The notes below the pieces were generated by a model. That model did no database searches. It saw only the letters and a program-made list of their open reading frames with translations, and was not told the origin of the DNA. From assembly GCA_020184695.1 (NCBI GenBank), contig JAANOX010000278.1, positions 124,001 through 188,000 on the forward strand: DNA of 64,000 bases. Direction: 5' to 3'. Of this stretch, positions 10,945 to 22,738 are shown piece by piece. Position 1 is the first letter of the stretch. Each line of letters starts with the position of its first letter. A program made the position numbers and the translations under genes. This DNA is from Histomonas meleagridis 2922-C6/04-290x (taxonomy: Eukaryota; Protista; Parabasalia).

Positions 10945-11316
10945 ATGGGACACCTTAAAGCCCACGAGCTCATACAAAAATCACGTGCAGATCTTCTTGA
11001 AGAACTTGCAACATTAGAGAAGAAGCTTTTCGAACTCCGCGGTCAGATTGCCACATCATCATCACGCCAAAAACTTTCAGAAATCCAAACTGTTCGTCGT
11101 GATGTTGCACGTGTTAAAACTGTTCTTATGGAACAACAACGTAAGGCCCTTAAAGAAAAGTACAATGGAAAGAAGTTAGTTCCAAAGGATATCCGTAAGA
11201 AACAAGTTAAATCACAGCGTAAGGTCCTTCCAGCCAAGTATGCCAACAAGCTTACAAAGAGAGCTGCACGCCGCGCCAAGTATCTCAAGCCAGTTAAATT
11301 TGCACTTAAGGCCTAA
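10945..11316 (+). CDS. RPL35: 60S ribosomal protein L35 (uL29)
   Basis: LLEELATLEKKLFELR..KLSEIQTVRRDVARVKTV..PKDIRKK; basic, 123 aa. Confidence 0.95.
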   Translation: MGHLKAHELIQKSRADLLEELATLEKKLFELRGQIATSSSRQKLSEIQTVRRDVARVKTVLMEQQRKALKEKYNGKKLVPKDIRKKQVKSQRKVLPAKYANKLTKRAARRAKYLKPVKFALKA

Positions 11317-11751
11317 GTAAATACTTATTTGAAAAATTAAAGCTAGAAGGAATTACAAACTGCTTTCTCGTTTCTCCAAATATTATAGCTAATTTTTTTT
11401 TATTAGCTGTCGAAATTTTTCTATGGTATTTCACATTGGTAAAATTCCTAGTGGGAATCATTAGTTATATCATTTATTCTGTTGTTTTTTCTTTTAATGA
11501 AAATAATTTTCAATTCTTTTTGGTATCTAGATAATTGGTAAAATTTTTATTTATTAAATAAATTATTTTTTTGCTTTTATTAAAGCGTGTTTTGATGAAA
11601 TTTAAATTACTGCCCATTATAAATTCATTTTTATTTCGTTTCTATATCTTTTTAGCCATTTGACCAAAATGTGTCAATTTTCTAACGATTATTTGTAATT
11701 CAATTTATCAACTTTTTAAAAAAAGTTCTATCGCAACCGTTTCCCATTTTT

Positions 11752-13950
11752 ATGAAAGCTCTCACACTTAAAACAGGTAAGTCACCGAATACTGAATGTG
11801 CCAAAACCAATAAAATATATGTTAGCCACAAGAATCTCGTTCAAATTCCAAATGAAGGCCATTATGTCAAAGTCGGACTGTATCTTTTTCTTGTTGATGA
11901 AAATCCAGGCGTAGACGACAATACTGTTGCCTTCAACACAGAACAACGACGGCTTCTCAATTGTTCGCTTCAACAATCAATAAATCTCAAATTTGAGGTT
12001 CCAAGTTACCAATGTACAAAAGTCACGTTTGATGTTTCATTTCTCACACGTAGCAAAGAACGCAAGCTTACACTTGATGCAGATAAACTTCGTGAAGTAT
12101 ATACTCGCACCATGTCACAAATACCATTAAATCTTAATCAAGCTCTTATCTTTCAATACGATGGAGATCAATTTTTACTTAAGATCGCTGCCATTGAAGG
12201 TGGAACACTTGGAAAAGATCTCGAAATTGTTCCAAAGGAACATATTTCTACTGCATTCTTTAATCCCAACATCACGTCTATGATCTTTAAGAAAGGTTCT
12301 GATTCACAAGTCATCATTGAAGACAATTCATCTCCAAGTGTTACCACTGTCATTCGACCAGATTTTAATTTCGAAGATTTAGGCATTGGAGGTCTTGATG
12401 CCGAATTTGCAACTCTTTTCCGCCGTGCGTTCAATTCCCGACTTTATCCACCCAAGATGATTCGAGATCGAGGCATCAAACATGTCAAAGGAATTTTACT
12501 TTATGGCCCTCCAGGTACCGGAAAGACTCTTATGGCGCGACAGATCGGTAAAATGCTTAATGCATGTGAGCCTAAAGTCATTAATGGACCGGAAGTTTTC
12601 GACAAATATGTTGGTGAAGGTGAACGAAAAATCCGCGAACTATTTGCAGACGCGGAGAAAGACCAACAAGAAAATGGGGACAATGCGCAATTACACTTAA
12701 TCATCTTCGATGAAATTGATTCCATCTGTAAAAAGAGAGGCACCGGTGCAATGTCCGGAGTTGGCGACACTATAGTTAACCAATTGTTGTCCAAGATCGA
12801 TGGCGTTGAAGCGTTAGATGACGTTTTATTGATTGGTATGACTAATCGTAAAGATCTGATCGATGAGGCATTGTTAAGACCGGGCCGTCTCGAGGTGCAA
12901 TTAATGATATCGTTGCCAGACCAACATGGGCGTGAGCAAATCTTTGCAATCCACACGAAGAAACTTGTTCAATGTGGCGCATTAGCAAGTGATGTTAGTA
13001 TTAAGGAGTTGGCTGAGCTTACACCGAATTATACTGGTGCAGAAATCGAAGGTGTTGTTAAATCTGCGCAATCATTCTCATTGAATAATGGATTTGATCC
13101 AAAGACAATGCAACTAAAGAGTGAAGCTGATCTAAAGGTCACACGCGAACATTTCATGCTTGCATTACAAGAAGTTCGTCCAGCATTTGGTGTTGAAGAT
13201 GACATTAAGAAATTATGTACACGCGGATTATGTGAATTTTCAAGTACATTCACTAATACGAAGAAACATGTCGAGAAATTCATCGATTCATTGCTACAAT
13301 CGAATGGTACTTCTTTAATGAGCTTTTGCATCTATGGCCTCCCCGCGACCGGTTTGACGTCATTTGCCGTGACGATAGCGAAACAGGGGTTCACTTATGT
13401 CAAAGTTATCCTTGCCAAAAAGTTCATTGGACGATCAGAAGACGCCGTATCGTTAGAAATTTTGGACACTTTTGAGAACGCTTATAAATCGAAGCAAAGT
13501 GCAATTATCATCGATGACATCGAGTCTATCATCGAATTCTCGCCAATTGGGCCAAGATTTGCGAACAAGACCTTGCAAGCTTTGTTAGTTTTGTTGAAAC
13601 AAACTCCACCTGAAGGTCATAAACTTGCAATCTTTACGACAACAAGTAAAAGAGAAGCAATGTCTATGATCGGAATTGACACAAGATATTTCTACGAAGA
13701 AATAGAATTGTTGCCATTGAACAAGCCAGAACATTTGATTAAGTTGGCAAAGGAATCTTGCAACGCCAATTTGATTATAGAAGAAGATGACTTGAGAAGC
13801 GCAAGCGAGTACTTAAGCGCTAACCCGGTGCCTGTGAAAAGAGCAATCGAGGCAATCGATTTCGCTGTGTTCGAGGCGAAGGACAAGCCGTTGGTTTGGA
13901 AGAACTTGGAGAAGTGCTTGAGACAGCACAACCGAACATCAGTTAATTGA
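11752..13950 (+). CDS. NSF: N-ethylmaleimide-sensitive factor (NSF/Sec18) AAA+ ATPase
   Basis: GIGGLDAEFATLFRRAFNSR, GILLYGPPGTGKTLMARQIG, LHLIIFDEIDSICK, ALLRPGRLEV and a degenerate second AAA domain. Confidence 0.96.
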   Translation: MKALTLKTGKSPNTECAKTNKIYVSHKNLVQIPNEGHYVKVGLYLFLVDENPGVDDNTVAFNTEQRRLLNCSLQQSINLKFEVPSYQCTKVTFDVSFLTRSKERKLTLDADKLREVYTRTMSQIPLNLNQALIFQYDGDQFLLKIAAIEGGTLGKDLEIVPKEHISTAFFNPNITSMIFKKGSDSQVIIEDNSSPSVTTVIRPDFNFEDLGIGGLDAEFATLFRRAFNSRLYPPKMIRDRGIKHVKGILLYGPPGTGKTLMARQIGKMLNACEPKVINGPEVFDKYVGEGERKIRELFADAEKDQQENGDNAQLHLIIFDEIDSICKKRGTGAMSGVGDTIVNQLLSKIDGVEALDDVLLIGMTNRKDLIDEALLRPGRLEVQLMISLPDQHGREQIFAIHTKKLVQCGALASDVSIKELAELTPNYTGAEIEGVVKSAQSFSLNNGFDPKTMQLKSEADLKVTREHFMLALQEVRPAFGVEDDIKKLCTRGLCEFSSTFTNTKKHVEKFIDSLLQSNGTSLMSFCIYGLPATGLTSFAVTIAKQGFTYVKVILAKKFIGRSEDAVSLEILDTFENAYKSKQSAIIIDDIESIIEFSPIGPRFANKTLQALLVLLKQTPPEGHKLAIFTTTSKREAMSMIGIDTRYFYEEIELLPLNKPEHLIKLAKESCNANLIIEEDDLRSASEYLSANPVPVKRAIEAIDFAVFEAKDKPLVWKNLEKCLRQHNRTSVN

Positions 13951-14049
13951 AATAAATAAAAAATATTTTCTTTATGGCGAAAGATGTTCAATGTGCATCA
14001 AATTCGAATTTGCTGTTTGACTATAAGTTCTTCATAACTTAATTTTGTT

Positions 14050-14730
14050 TGTTATGTATTTGTAGGTGAATGTATCTTCTGCAAAAGAGTATTGTTCAAT
14101 TGTTAAATAGTAATTCCTGTCGTTGAAAGAATTTGTGGTTTCATTTTCTTATGATATTCATTTTCATTAATTTCTGTGGCTTTATTTCAAATTCGAAATA
14201 TTAATACTACTTGTTGTGTTATGCCAATAACAATTACAACAGCACGAACAATAATACCAATTATTATTGCATGACTATTATTGTCATTTTGAAATTCTAC
14301 TGAATTTATATATGCAATGAAATTTGATGAAAAATTGTCATATGTCGCGTAAATAATGATTACATAATCATAATCATTATATGAAATTGTTGAATTATAA
14401 AGAAATAACTCAGACGATTTTGTTTGAGTTTCATAAATAGTGAATGAATGTGTAATTGATAACCAAACTGTTAATACGTAAGAAAAAGATCAAGTTAAAT
14501 CATTTTGAAGTGATATTGTGAATGCATTTGATTGTGCAAATGAATATATCGATAATTATATTCAATCTTTCCTGGAAATGGTCCAAATGCCGAAGTTCTT
14601 CCATATGTTAAATATGTAACAACTGTCGCTTTGACTGACGAAAATGCATTTTCACCAAACGCATCGAAGTTTGCAACAGTTCAATTACAGTGCTGAACTC
14701 CGATACTTTTGTTACATCGAAACATTATGT
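14050..14730 (-). pseudogene. BspA-like surface protein C-terminal remnant
   Basis: Hand translation gives FGENAFSSVKATVVTYLTY..FG, LTVWLSITHSFTIYETQ and YDYVIIIYATY..FSSNFIAYI, then a hydrophobic stretch, homologous to the tails of the 41713 and 62890 genes. Multiple stops. Confidence 0.6.
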
Positions 14731-14744
14731 GATAAAACTTTTAT

Positions 14745-15911
14745 TCAACTGCATGCAAATTGTATTATGAACTCACCAAAGTTATCATCAGTTGTCATCC
14801 AAACCTGCGCAGTTCCACAGTCGCCCCATGGGTTTGTCGTTTCATATGATTCTTCCATTTCCATCAGCAGCACAGTGTCGTCCGGCTGATCATCTCCTTG
14901 AACGAACAGTGGATAACCGCCTAAATAAGTTACGCATTTTCTGTTCGGGTTATACTCTTCTTCGATTATCCTATTTGCAATTAATAAGTCATCGCTTTGC
15001 ATGTTTGGGAGTAACTTCTTCAGCATTTCAAGTGATGTCGGATATGATGTCGATTGGCGCCATTGTTTAATCACTCGATTCTCATTAAATATGAATTGAG
15101 GATCGATTTCTTCATATATCAAATCATTAATTTCATCGTTTTTATAGCAAATGACTTTTAAATTGCTATAACAATGTTCACATGCTAATCCGATTAATAC
15201 ACATTCGCGTTCACTAATTGGAAAATAGCTTTGGATTTCAGTGGGAAGGGATGGGACATATAATGAAAATATTAATGAGGTCGTTTGACCGCATGATTCA
15301 CATTTATGATATCCGTTACATGGAAGATATGGAGCACGTCCGCCAAACTTGGACACGCGTGGATTAGTGGTATCATAATCTTCGACAATTGGTGCATAAC
15401 ATGGTTTAGCTAAAGATTCAATGATTGATTTAAGTTCTTTTACCTTTTCATTCACTTGTGAAACAACATCAGGAATATCAATGCCATTGCGAAGTTTGAT
15501 TAAATAAACAAGATATATCTGGGATTCAGTAAGTGATTTGCCAGAAAATGTTTTGACAAAGTCTTTGTCCAAATTAAGCTTTGCAAGAACACGGACAATG
15601 CTGTTCAAAAAGTAATAATCAATGTATTGCTTCCAATTAGAGCAGAAAGAATAGAAGCTATCAAGCATTTCTTTCGAATTTGTACAAAGTGAATCGATAG
15701 TGAGTTCAAGAAGATTTCCATTTCCAAGCGCGAAATAACCACAGATGATTTTCTTAATAATTATATGAAGATTTGTTGGTGTTGCATGTTTTTTAATGAC
15801 TGAAAGAAAATCATCAATAACTTTCTTGTCACCAGCATTTTGCCAGGGCACATTCTTTGCTTTGTTGAATGCTTCTTGGATCTCAGGGCAAAGCTCTTCG
15901 GCACCAAGCAT
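14745..15911 (-). CDS. Protein with C-terminal YwqG/DUF1963-like domain
   Basis: SKFGGRAPYLP..C..CG..LIFSLYVPSLP and LGGYPLFVQGDD..LLMEMEES..WGDCGTAQVWM..F..QFACS match the YwqG pattern as I recall it. The N-terminal ~200 aa is not recognised. Confidence 0.7.
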   Translation of the reverse strand: MLGAEELCPEIQEAFNKAKNVPWQNAGDKKVIDDFLSVIKKHATPTNLHIIIKKIICGYFALGNGNLLELTIDSLCTNSKEMLDSFYSFCSNWKQYIDYYFLNSIVRVLAKLNLDKDFVKTFSGKSLTESQIYLVYLIKLRNGIDIPDVVSQVNEKVKELKSIIESLAKPCYAPIVEDYDTTNPRVSKFGGRAPYLPCNGYHKCESCGQTTSLIFSLYVPSLPTEIQSYFPISERECVLIGLACEHCYSNLKVICYKNDEINDLIYEEIDPQFIFNENRVIKQWRQSTSYPTSLEMLKKLLPNMQSDDLLIANRIIEEEYNPNRKCVTYLGGYPLFVQGDDQPDDTVLLMEMEESYETTNPWGDCGTAQVWMTTDDNFGEFIIQFACS

Positions 15912-16051
15912 GTTTTTGTGAAGTCACTTGTGATGTGTATTAATAAACGTGCACACATTTGAATCGAATACAATTTTTGTGTGGTCGATTTTGACAAAGT
16001 CTGTTCGAATAATGCTTTTCAAAAAAAAAATTTCAGCGTTCATATTTTTAC

Positions 16052-18019
16052 TTATTCATCTTTTAAGTCTTGTACCGATGTTGCGCCTTCCTTTTCAACT
16101 GCCACCGACATATCATACAACAAGTCCTCATCATAGTCCTTAAAATTATCAATTTTTTCTTGCACCTGATCTATTGACAAGAAACAATACTTATCTCTTT
16201 TAAATATTTGTATGTTTTGGACCAATTTATTAACACCCAAACATTTTCTAATATTAATTAGTCCATTAACGAATGTTTGTGTGTTTTCATAAAACATAAA
16301 CAAATCTCTTAATAACATTCCTAAGTAAGGCAACACTGGTTTTGAAGCACTTAGTTTTTCTTCATTGAGTTTTCTAATTTTTGAAAAGTTATCATTAATA
16401 TCAAGTTTCTCCTGTAAAGCTTTTAACTTCTCCAAATAATTTGAATCGACTCTTTCCATTGTGATCTTTAGTCGAAACATTGCGTTGCTTTCGAAACTTG
16501 ACAAAACTGCCATCGCGTCATAAAAATTGTTATAATCGAATAACTGTTGTGCTAAATCGATCATTTGTTGAATCCTTTGTATCCTTACCTTTAAGCTTTT
16601 TGTGTCTAAGATTGAATATGTGACCCATTGTGATAATCGATTATAATGTTCAGTCAAAGCAGTAACGTTTGGAGCGCGATACTTTAAACGTGGCTTTTCC
16701 CATGCGCAATCCAATAGCTCGCTGCGCCCAATGTCATATAACTTGTTGGAGCACCAAACGGTCAACTGGCGGGCAAATTCGATAATTGGCAAATCCAAAA
16801 GCGAAAAGTCTCCGGTCCATAGCCCAACCACTCCATCCACTTTCACTCCGTCTTTAGGTGCATTAGCTTCTATTTGTTTAATACGTAAAATGGTTTCCTT
16901 GGAACGATTTTCAAACATTCCAGTAACTAATTTACCAAATCGTGGGACTAAGACTTCATCATTATAATGAGTGGCCGCATCAAGGATACGTGGCTCAATA
17001 TCATTGATAGAATTACGAATCCATACTTTGAATAATTTGACACATAATAATTGCTCTGCTTTTTGTGATGGATCATTTAAAACCATCGAGAAGCGATCAA
17101 TGAGCTTCTGAAGAAAGTTCTTGGATGAAGTATAGGAAGAAATTGTGAGACATATTGCATTCGTTAAATCGGATACAAAAGAGTTCTTAGTATTGGCATC
17201 GTCTTTGGATTCTTCATCGGGCGTTGTGATGTAGAATATGATTTGGTTAAGAGTGGCTTCGACAGGAAGATTAGTATTAGGATCATATTTGATGTCATCG
17301 GGATTATTAAATACATCCTCTTTGAGTGGTTTATCCGTCTGTGTACCACTTGGAGCTGCACCAATTGTTTGTGATATTTCATTATCAAGTGCTGCTTGAG
17401 TTATTTTGAATGTTGGAAATGAATGTGATGATGGCATAGATAACTCCCAAAACTTTTCAATTCGATGTACGCCGCGTTGAAGAAGTATGTTTAGTTGCGA
17501 ATAAAGCATATGTGGTGGAATTATAAAATCTGATCCCCATTCTGAATGAAGTAATGTTTGTGATGTTGTAAGACCAAGAGTCCTAAAATGTTGTGAGATA
17601 AGAGCTAAGATGAGTTCTTGTGAAAGAAGTCTTGATGGAGGTAAATACATTCTTGCAAATGCAGCTGAGCGAGTAATAGGATTAACAGCAAGACGAAGCC
17701 TTTGAATGCTTGGGTGTGAGGTTAGAACATCTTGAAGCCAACCATTTCGATTGATATGTTTATCAGCAGTACATTCAGATCTAAGACGATCAAACTCATC
17801 AGATATTTTCAGTAACTCTTTCGCTCTCCTCCTGTGTCTTTTTCGTTTTTCAGTTTGTGGCGTTTTTGAATTTATTTGTTGTTCTTTTTCTGGAATAACA
17901 ATTGTTTCTTGAGAAGATAAAACTGATTCCGCAGACACACTTGGCACTGGATCAAAAAAATCACATCCATGTTGTTCTTCTTCATTTTTATTGTTTGAAA
18001 TTTTTTTGTTTTCTTCCAT
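16052..18019 (-). CDS. RasGEF (LisH-like, REM and CDC25 domains)
   Basis: EFARQLTVW, APNVTALTEHYNRLSQWVTYSIL, NNFYDAMAVLSSF, PVLPYLGMLLRDLF and NGLINIRK. Start placed at MEENKK (18019). Confidence 0.9.
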   Translation of the reverse strand: MEENKKISNNKNEEEQHGCDFFDPVPSVSAESVLSSQETIVIPEKEQQINSKTPQTEKRKRHRRRAKELLKISDEFDRLRSECTADKHINRNGWLQDVLTSHPSIQRLRLAVNPITRSAAFARMYLPPSRLLSQELILALISQHFRTLGLTTSQTLLHSEWGSDFIIPPHMLYSQLNILLQRGVHRIEKFWELSMPSSHSFPTFKITQAALDNEISQTIGAAPSGTQTDKPLKEDVFNNPDDIKYDPNTNLPVEATLNQIIFYITTPDEESKDDANTKNSFVSDLTNAICLTISSYTSSKNFLQKLIDRFSMVLNDPSQKAEQLLCVKLFKVWIRNSINDIEPRILDAATHYNDEVLVPRFGKLVTGMFENRSKETILRIKQIEANAPKDGVKVDGVVGLWTGDFSLLDLPIIEFARQLTVWCSNKLYDIGRSELLDCAWEKPRLKYRAPNVTALTEHYNRLSQWVTYSILDTKSLKVRIQRIQQMIDLAQQLFDYNNFYDAMAVLSSFESNAMFRLKITMERVDSNYLEKLKALQEKLDINDNFSKIRKLNEEKLSASKPVLPYLGMLLRDLFMFYENTQTFVNGLINIRKCLGVNKLVQNIQIFKRDKYCFLSIDQVQEKIDNFKDYDEDLLYDMSVAVEKEGATSVQDLKDE

Positions 18020-19100
18020 TTGATTGTAAAAACAATTGAATCGCCAGTACAATCGGAAGGAGGGGGCCGTTATAATGGCTGATTAAAACAAATTCAATGA
18101 ATTTACGTTTTTGAATATAAATACGATTATATTTCATTCATTTGATTCTATCGTTGTGATATCACATGCAACCACTTTCAAGACTTTATGACAATTTTTT
18201 TTAAGAAAGATGTTTTTCATTTGGTTTATTTAATGCACAAAGAATTTGCTTCAAATTTAATGTACATCTAATCAAATGTGATAAATTCGTTTGTTACTTC
18301 AACTAGATATGAAATTTTGAAATAAATCTTTTTCGCTTATCATCATTGGTAATTGATATATTCTTCAATTTAAAGTAGCAAACCAAGATTTCAAAATAAT
18401 ATTTGAAATTTTAAATCACCTTAATTACAACTAATCATATGTTTTCACTTGTATCTATATTGTGTGAAATCCTCTATCCAAAAAAATAATAATTTTCACA
18501 TTTTTGAATCAAAAATCATTTAAAAATATACAAACCATTTTTTGTTCATATTAATAAAGATAAATCAGATAAATATGAATCTTTCTTTGACCAAGAAAAT
18601 ATTGCTTATGAAGAACTTTCGAAGTATGATTTTGCACTTATAATTAATATGATCGAAAAGAAAGAAGAATATTTAAAATGTAACAGATACCGTTAAAAAG
18701 CAAACAAAATTTGAACGAGCACTTTTTTCTTTAGGACTTCAGTAGATTGAATGAAAAACGATTAAATTCATGATTTGTTGTGAACGGTCACCACCGAGAA
18801 AATATTGTTTTGTCAATAAATCAATACATATTTATAGTTTAATATTCAATATTTTTGATGTGTTCTTTCAATAGTTTTTGTTTCTTATTCCATTTTCTGA
18901 TTATAGTTTTAAAATAATTCATCTCGTGTTTTATAAATACAATATAATTATATATTTTTTACATTATAATCGAACATGGAAATCTTCATACATGAAATAG
19001 AATAGCTCAATATGGTAATTATTCACATTATGTAAGCCGACAAGATTTTTCTTTCTCTGTGTATTTTCCATTCTGAAGAATTCATTGATTTTCATTGAAG

Positions 19101-19127
19101 TCAGTACTTCCATGAAGGAAGTACTGA
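19101..19127. repeat. Perfect 11-bp hairpin
   Basis: TCAGTACTTCC-ATGAA-GGAAGTACTGA. Confidence 0.9.
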
Positions 19128-19130
19128 ATG

Positions 19131-19546
<416 letters not shown>

Positions 19547-20571
19547 TTATTTTATTTAATTTTTTTTATAGTCTAATGCATACAATAGTTCATCATTCAC
19601 ATTGTTATTTTCAAAAATATTCATTAACAAATGATATCATTTATTTATGTGTTCATACGCAATGTGTGATATATTGATCAAACTCGAAATTAAATAAATA
19701 GCATCAAAATATTGTAATAAATATTTAGAATAAAGTAATAGAGGGATATTGTAGAAATTTTGAAAAACGATTCAATTGCAAATTGCAAGATAACTTCATA
19801 ATATTATCATGCTATTTTTTAGATTTATAATATATATACTAACGTTATTTATTTAATGCATCAAATAATTAAATTATATTTAAATTTGTAAACGAATTTT
19901 TCATGTTCCAACTTTTTAATTTTTTTCTATGGTTTTTGAACGTATTTTTTTATTATAAACATTTTTATTTCCAAATCAAATAATAATTTATCAAAATAAT
20001 ATTGTAGCATCAATTGAAATTATTATGTTATTTATTATATTTCAGAATCAATTTTCATTATTTTTTGGTTTTTAAAATGAATTATTCTGATAACTAAATA
20101 TTAAGTGAATATAAATCGACATTAATAAAAATACAAATATCGAATCGAATACTAAAAAATGTAATAAAGAGATTTCAAACCTCCTAATCTAAAGTGAATT
20201 GATTATCAATCATAAAAAAATCAAAATCAAAATAATTAAGTATTTAACAAAGAGCATTAATAATATCAAATATTTTTTGAGTTCACAAATTAAAATTATG
20301 AATATGTATTGATTTATTAACAAAAGAATATTTATCGGTGGTGACCGTTTGGAGTACGATTTTAATTCAGAATATTTTTGAGTGGGGCAACGGTTTTTTA
20401 TCAAAAATGTTTTGTTCGGACTTTATTCCAAATTAATTGATAAGTCAAAGTGTTTAAAAGAATCATTTAATTTAAGAAAAGAAAAATCATAATCAAGAAA
20501 TTGATATTTGAAAATAATCTCTGATCGAAATACAATTTTGATTATGTTGAAAATCAAGAAAAAAAAATGTA

Positions 20572-21228
20572 CTAAGATTCCTTATTTTTTATTTTTGCTG
20601 TGTTTTGTGGTTGATTCTTATTTTTGATTTGTCCAAGTAGTTCCTTCCTTAAAAAGAGCAGTCTGTTTATTTTCACTACGATTTCTTGTTGTTTCTTTTG
20701 CAAAACGAATAAGATTTCAGTTTCTTTTTCCTTCGTTTTAAAAAAATTATTTAAGAGTTCTGCTTCTTGTTGCTCATATTTTTTAAGAACTTCTAATTCA
20801 TAGTCTATTTCTTGCTTTTTTTGTTCAATTATGTTTTGATATGTATTTAATTTTTGAGTTGTTTTTAATTCATAATTTTGTAATGCTGCTTTTTGTTTCC
20901 TAATTAGCCTAGAATATTTGGATCTTACCTTAAGTGCACGCTTTAATTTTTCTTGTTCGATTATATCCATATTTGAATATTTTTCTTCAAATTGAGAAAT
21001 TAATAATTGTTCGTTCTTTTGAGCCATTGAAATTTGATCTTCAAGTGCTTGTTTTTGACGATTAAGTCCATTTACATATGTAACGACTTTTTCTTCATGA
21101 GATGTGAAATCTTTTAGATGTTTGCTATCTGAAGCAAATTTATCTTGTAGTTTTCGATAATCTCCTCTAATAGAATCTAATTGAGATCTTAATCTTTGTT
21201 TTTCTGAGCTGCTTTGCTTTGATTTCAT
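20572..21228 (-). CDS. Coiled-coil protein of unknown function
   Basis: 218 aa K/E/Q-rich heptad-like ORF, head-to-head with the sugar transporter across an 82-bp gap containing GACCGTT (21255-21261). Confidence 0.7.
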   Translation of the reverse strand: MKSKQSSSEKQRLRSQLDSIRGDYRKLQDKFASDSKHLKDFTSHEEKVVTYVNGLNRQKQALEDQISMAQKNEQLLISQFEEKYSNMDIIEQEKLKRALKVRSKYSRLIRKQKAALQNYELKTTQKLNTYQNIIEQKKQEIDYELEVLKKYEQQEAELLNNFFKTKEKETEILFVLQKKQQEIVVKINRLLFLRKELLGQIKNKNQPQNTAKIKNKES

Positions 21229-21310
21229 CTTTTGGAAATGTTATATGAAAACAAGACCGTTTATTAACGAAATGTGACAAAAAAATTAAATCTTTTAATA
21301 TTTTTTTATA

Positions 21311-22738
21311 ATGTCAACTTATACAGAAGTATTAAATGATTTCCCAGGATTTGATGACAGTTTGAATACAGATGTTGGTTACATTCCACTTGCTAGTCGT
21401 GATCATATTCCTATTATTCATATTGTTGGAATATGTTGTTCAATGCTCGCATATCAAATTGCTTATTCCGTTGAATTTGCATTGGGCACTCCAATTATGA
21501 AACGTCTTGGTGTATCACAAGTAGCTGCATCTATCATTTGGTTTTCAGGTCCATTATCAGGTTTAATTGTTCAACCATTAATAGGTTATTACAGTGATAT
21601 TTCTCGTTTCAAACTAGGTCGTCGACGTCCATATATCATTATTGGAGGTGTTGGCATCATCATTGGTTTTCTTCTTTTATATTTTGTTGAACAGATTGGC
21701 TCGCTTTTTGGGAGTGCCGAGCATGCCATGTCAATCTTTGTCTTTATCATTGCACTTCTTGAGACCAATATATCCATAAACATATTACAAGGTCCATCAC
21801 GAGCCATATTAGGTGACATTATCCCACAATCCCAACAAGTTCTTTCCAACACCATTGGTTCCCTTATGTTAGGCCTTGCAGCGATCATCACTAATCTCAT
21901 TGGCGGTTTGAAACTTGGTGACAAAACCAACGGCGTATTCACCAACGATGAGCTCACCATAATCGTAGGTGTAATCTTAATCATTATTGGCATTTTGATC
22001 ACACTTTTCTGCGGTAAAGAAGAACCGTTACTCGAAGTACCAATACGCGAAAACCCATTTAAGGAAATCTTTAAAGCCATAAAAAACATACCGCGACCAG
22101 TTCTTCGTATTTCGCTGGTCTACTTTTTTTCGTGGATGGCGTATTTCCCATTCCAAACGACGACGACCGATTTCTTCGGCTCTGACATCTATGGCGGCGT
22201 TGCCGACTCTGAAGATCCGACTGTTTTCCAACTGTACGAAGATGGGAAAGCGTTTGGAATGTTAGTCATTGCCATCTCTAACTTTTTAGTTTTGTTATAT
22301 TCATTTGTCCAATCAGCAATTATCAAATTGTTGGGACTAAAACTTTCGTATTCGATATCGCAAATAATCGAAGCGTTAGTGTTGATACCTGTTTTCTTCG
22401 TCAAGAATAAATGGGTATTGTTGGGCCTTTTGGCACCGCTCGGGATATCATGTACGATATTTAACTCAGTTCCTTTCGCTGTAGTCGGAATGATTATACC
22501 GTTGGAACAAATGGGTACGTACATGGGCGTATTGAACTGCTTCGCCGTCTTAGGACAGCAGTGTTCAAGCTTCTTGCTCGGATCTGGTGTTGGCGCACTG
22601 TCGAATAAAAAAGGTCCAATCATTGGATCGGGTTCGGCGTTTGCAATTGTGGCCGCAGTTTTGTGCTATTGGATAATTGTGCCACAAGAAAATAATGAAA
22701 TTAATGAAGAGCTTTTACGCTCAGATCCTATTAAATGA
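21311..22738 (+). CDS. Sucrose/H+ symporter-like MFS transporter (SUC/SUT-SLC45 family)
   Basis: About 12 hydrophobic segments; GPLSGLIVQPLIGYYSD..GRRRPYI, QGPSRAILGD, FFSWMAYFPF and GTYMGVLNCFAVLGQ. Confidence 0.9.
   Translation: MSTYTEVLNDFPGFDDSLNTDVGYIPLASRDHIPIIHIVGICCSMLAYQIAYSVEFALGTPIMKRLGVSQVAASIIWFSGPLSGLIVQPLIGYYSDISRFKLGRRRPYIIIGGVGIIIGFLLLYFVEQIGSLFGSAEHAMSIFVFIIALLETNISINILQGPSRAILGDIIPQSQQVLSNTIGSLMLGLAAIITNLIGGLKLGDKTNGVFTNDELTIIVGVILIIIGILITLFCGKEEPLLEVPIRENPFKEIFKAIKNIPRPVLRISLVYFFSWMAYFPFQTTTTDFFGSDIYGGVADSEDPTVFQLYEDGKAFGMLVIAISNFLVLLYSFVQSAIIKLLGLKLSYSISQIIEALVLIPVFFVKNKWVLLGLLAPLGISCTIFNSVPFAVVGMIIPLEQMGTYMGVLNCFAVLGQQCSSFLLGSGVGALSNKKGPIIGSGSAFAIVAAVLCYWIIVPQENNEINEELLRSDPIK

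Noticed and set aside
11043-13991. Antisense and alternate-frame ORFs over RPL35 and NSF (likewise over RPL13, RPS14, SUC, Rab11, PFK)
   Set aside because: Shadow ORFs of GC-richer, codon-biased genes; no recognisable domains.
18250-18700. Coding-like remnant (YESFFDQENIAYEELSKYDFAL..)
   Set aside because: Too short and degraded to assign to a family.
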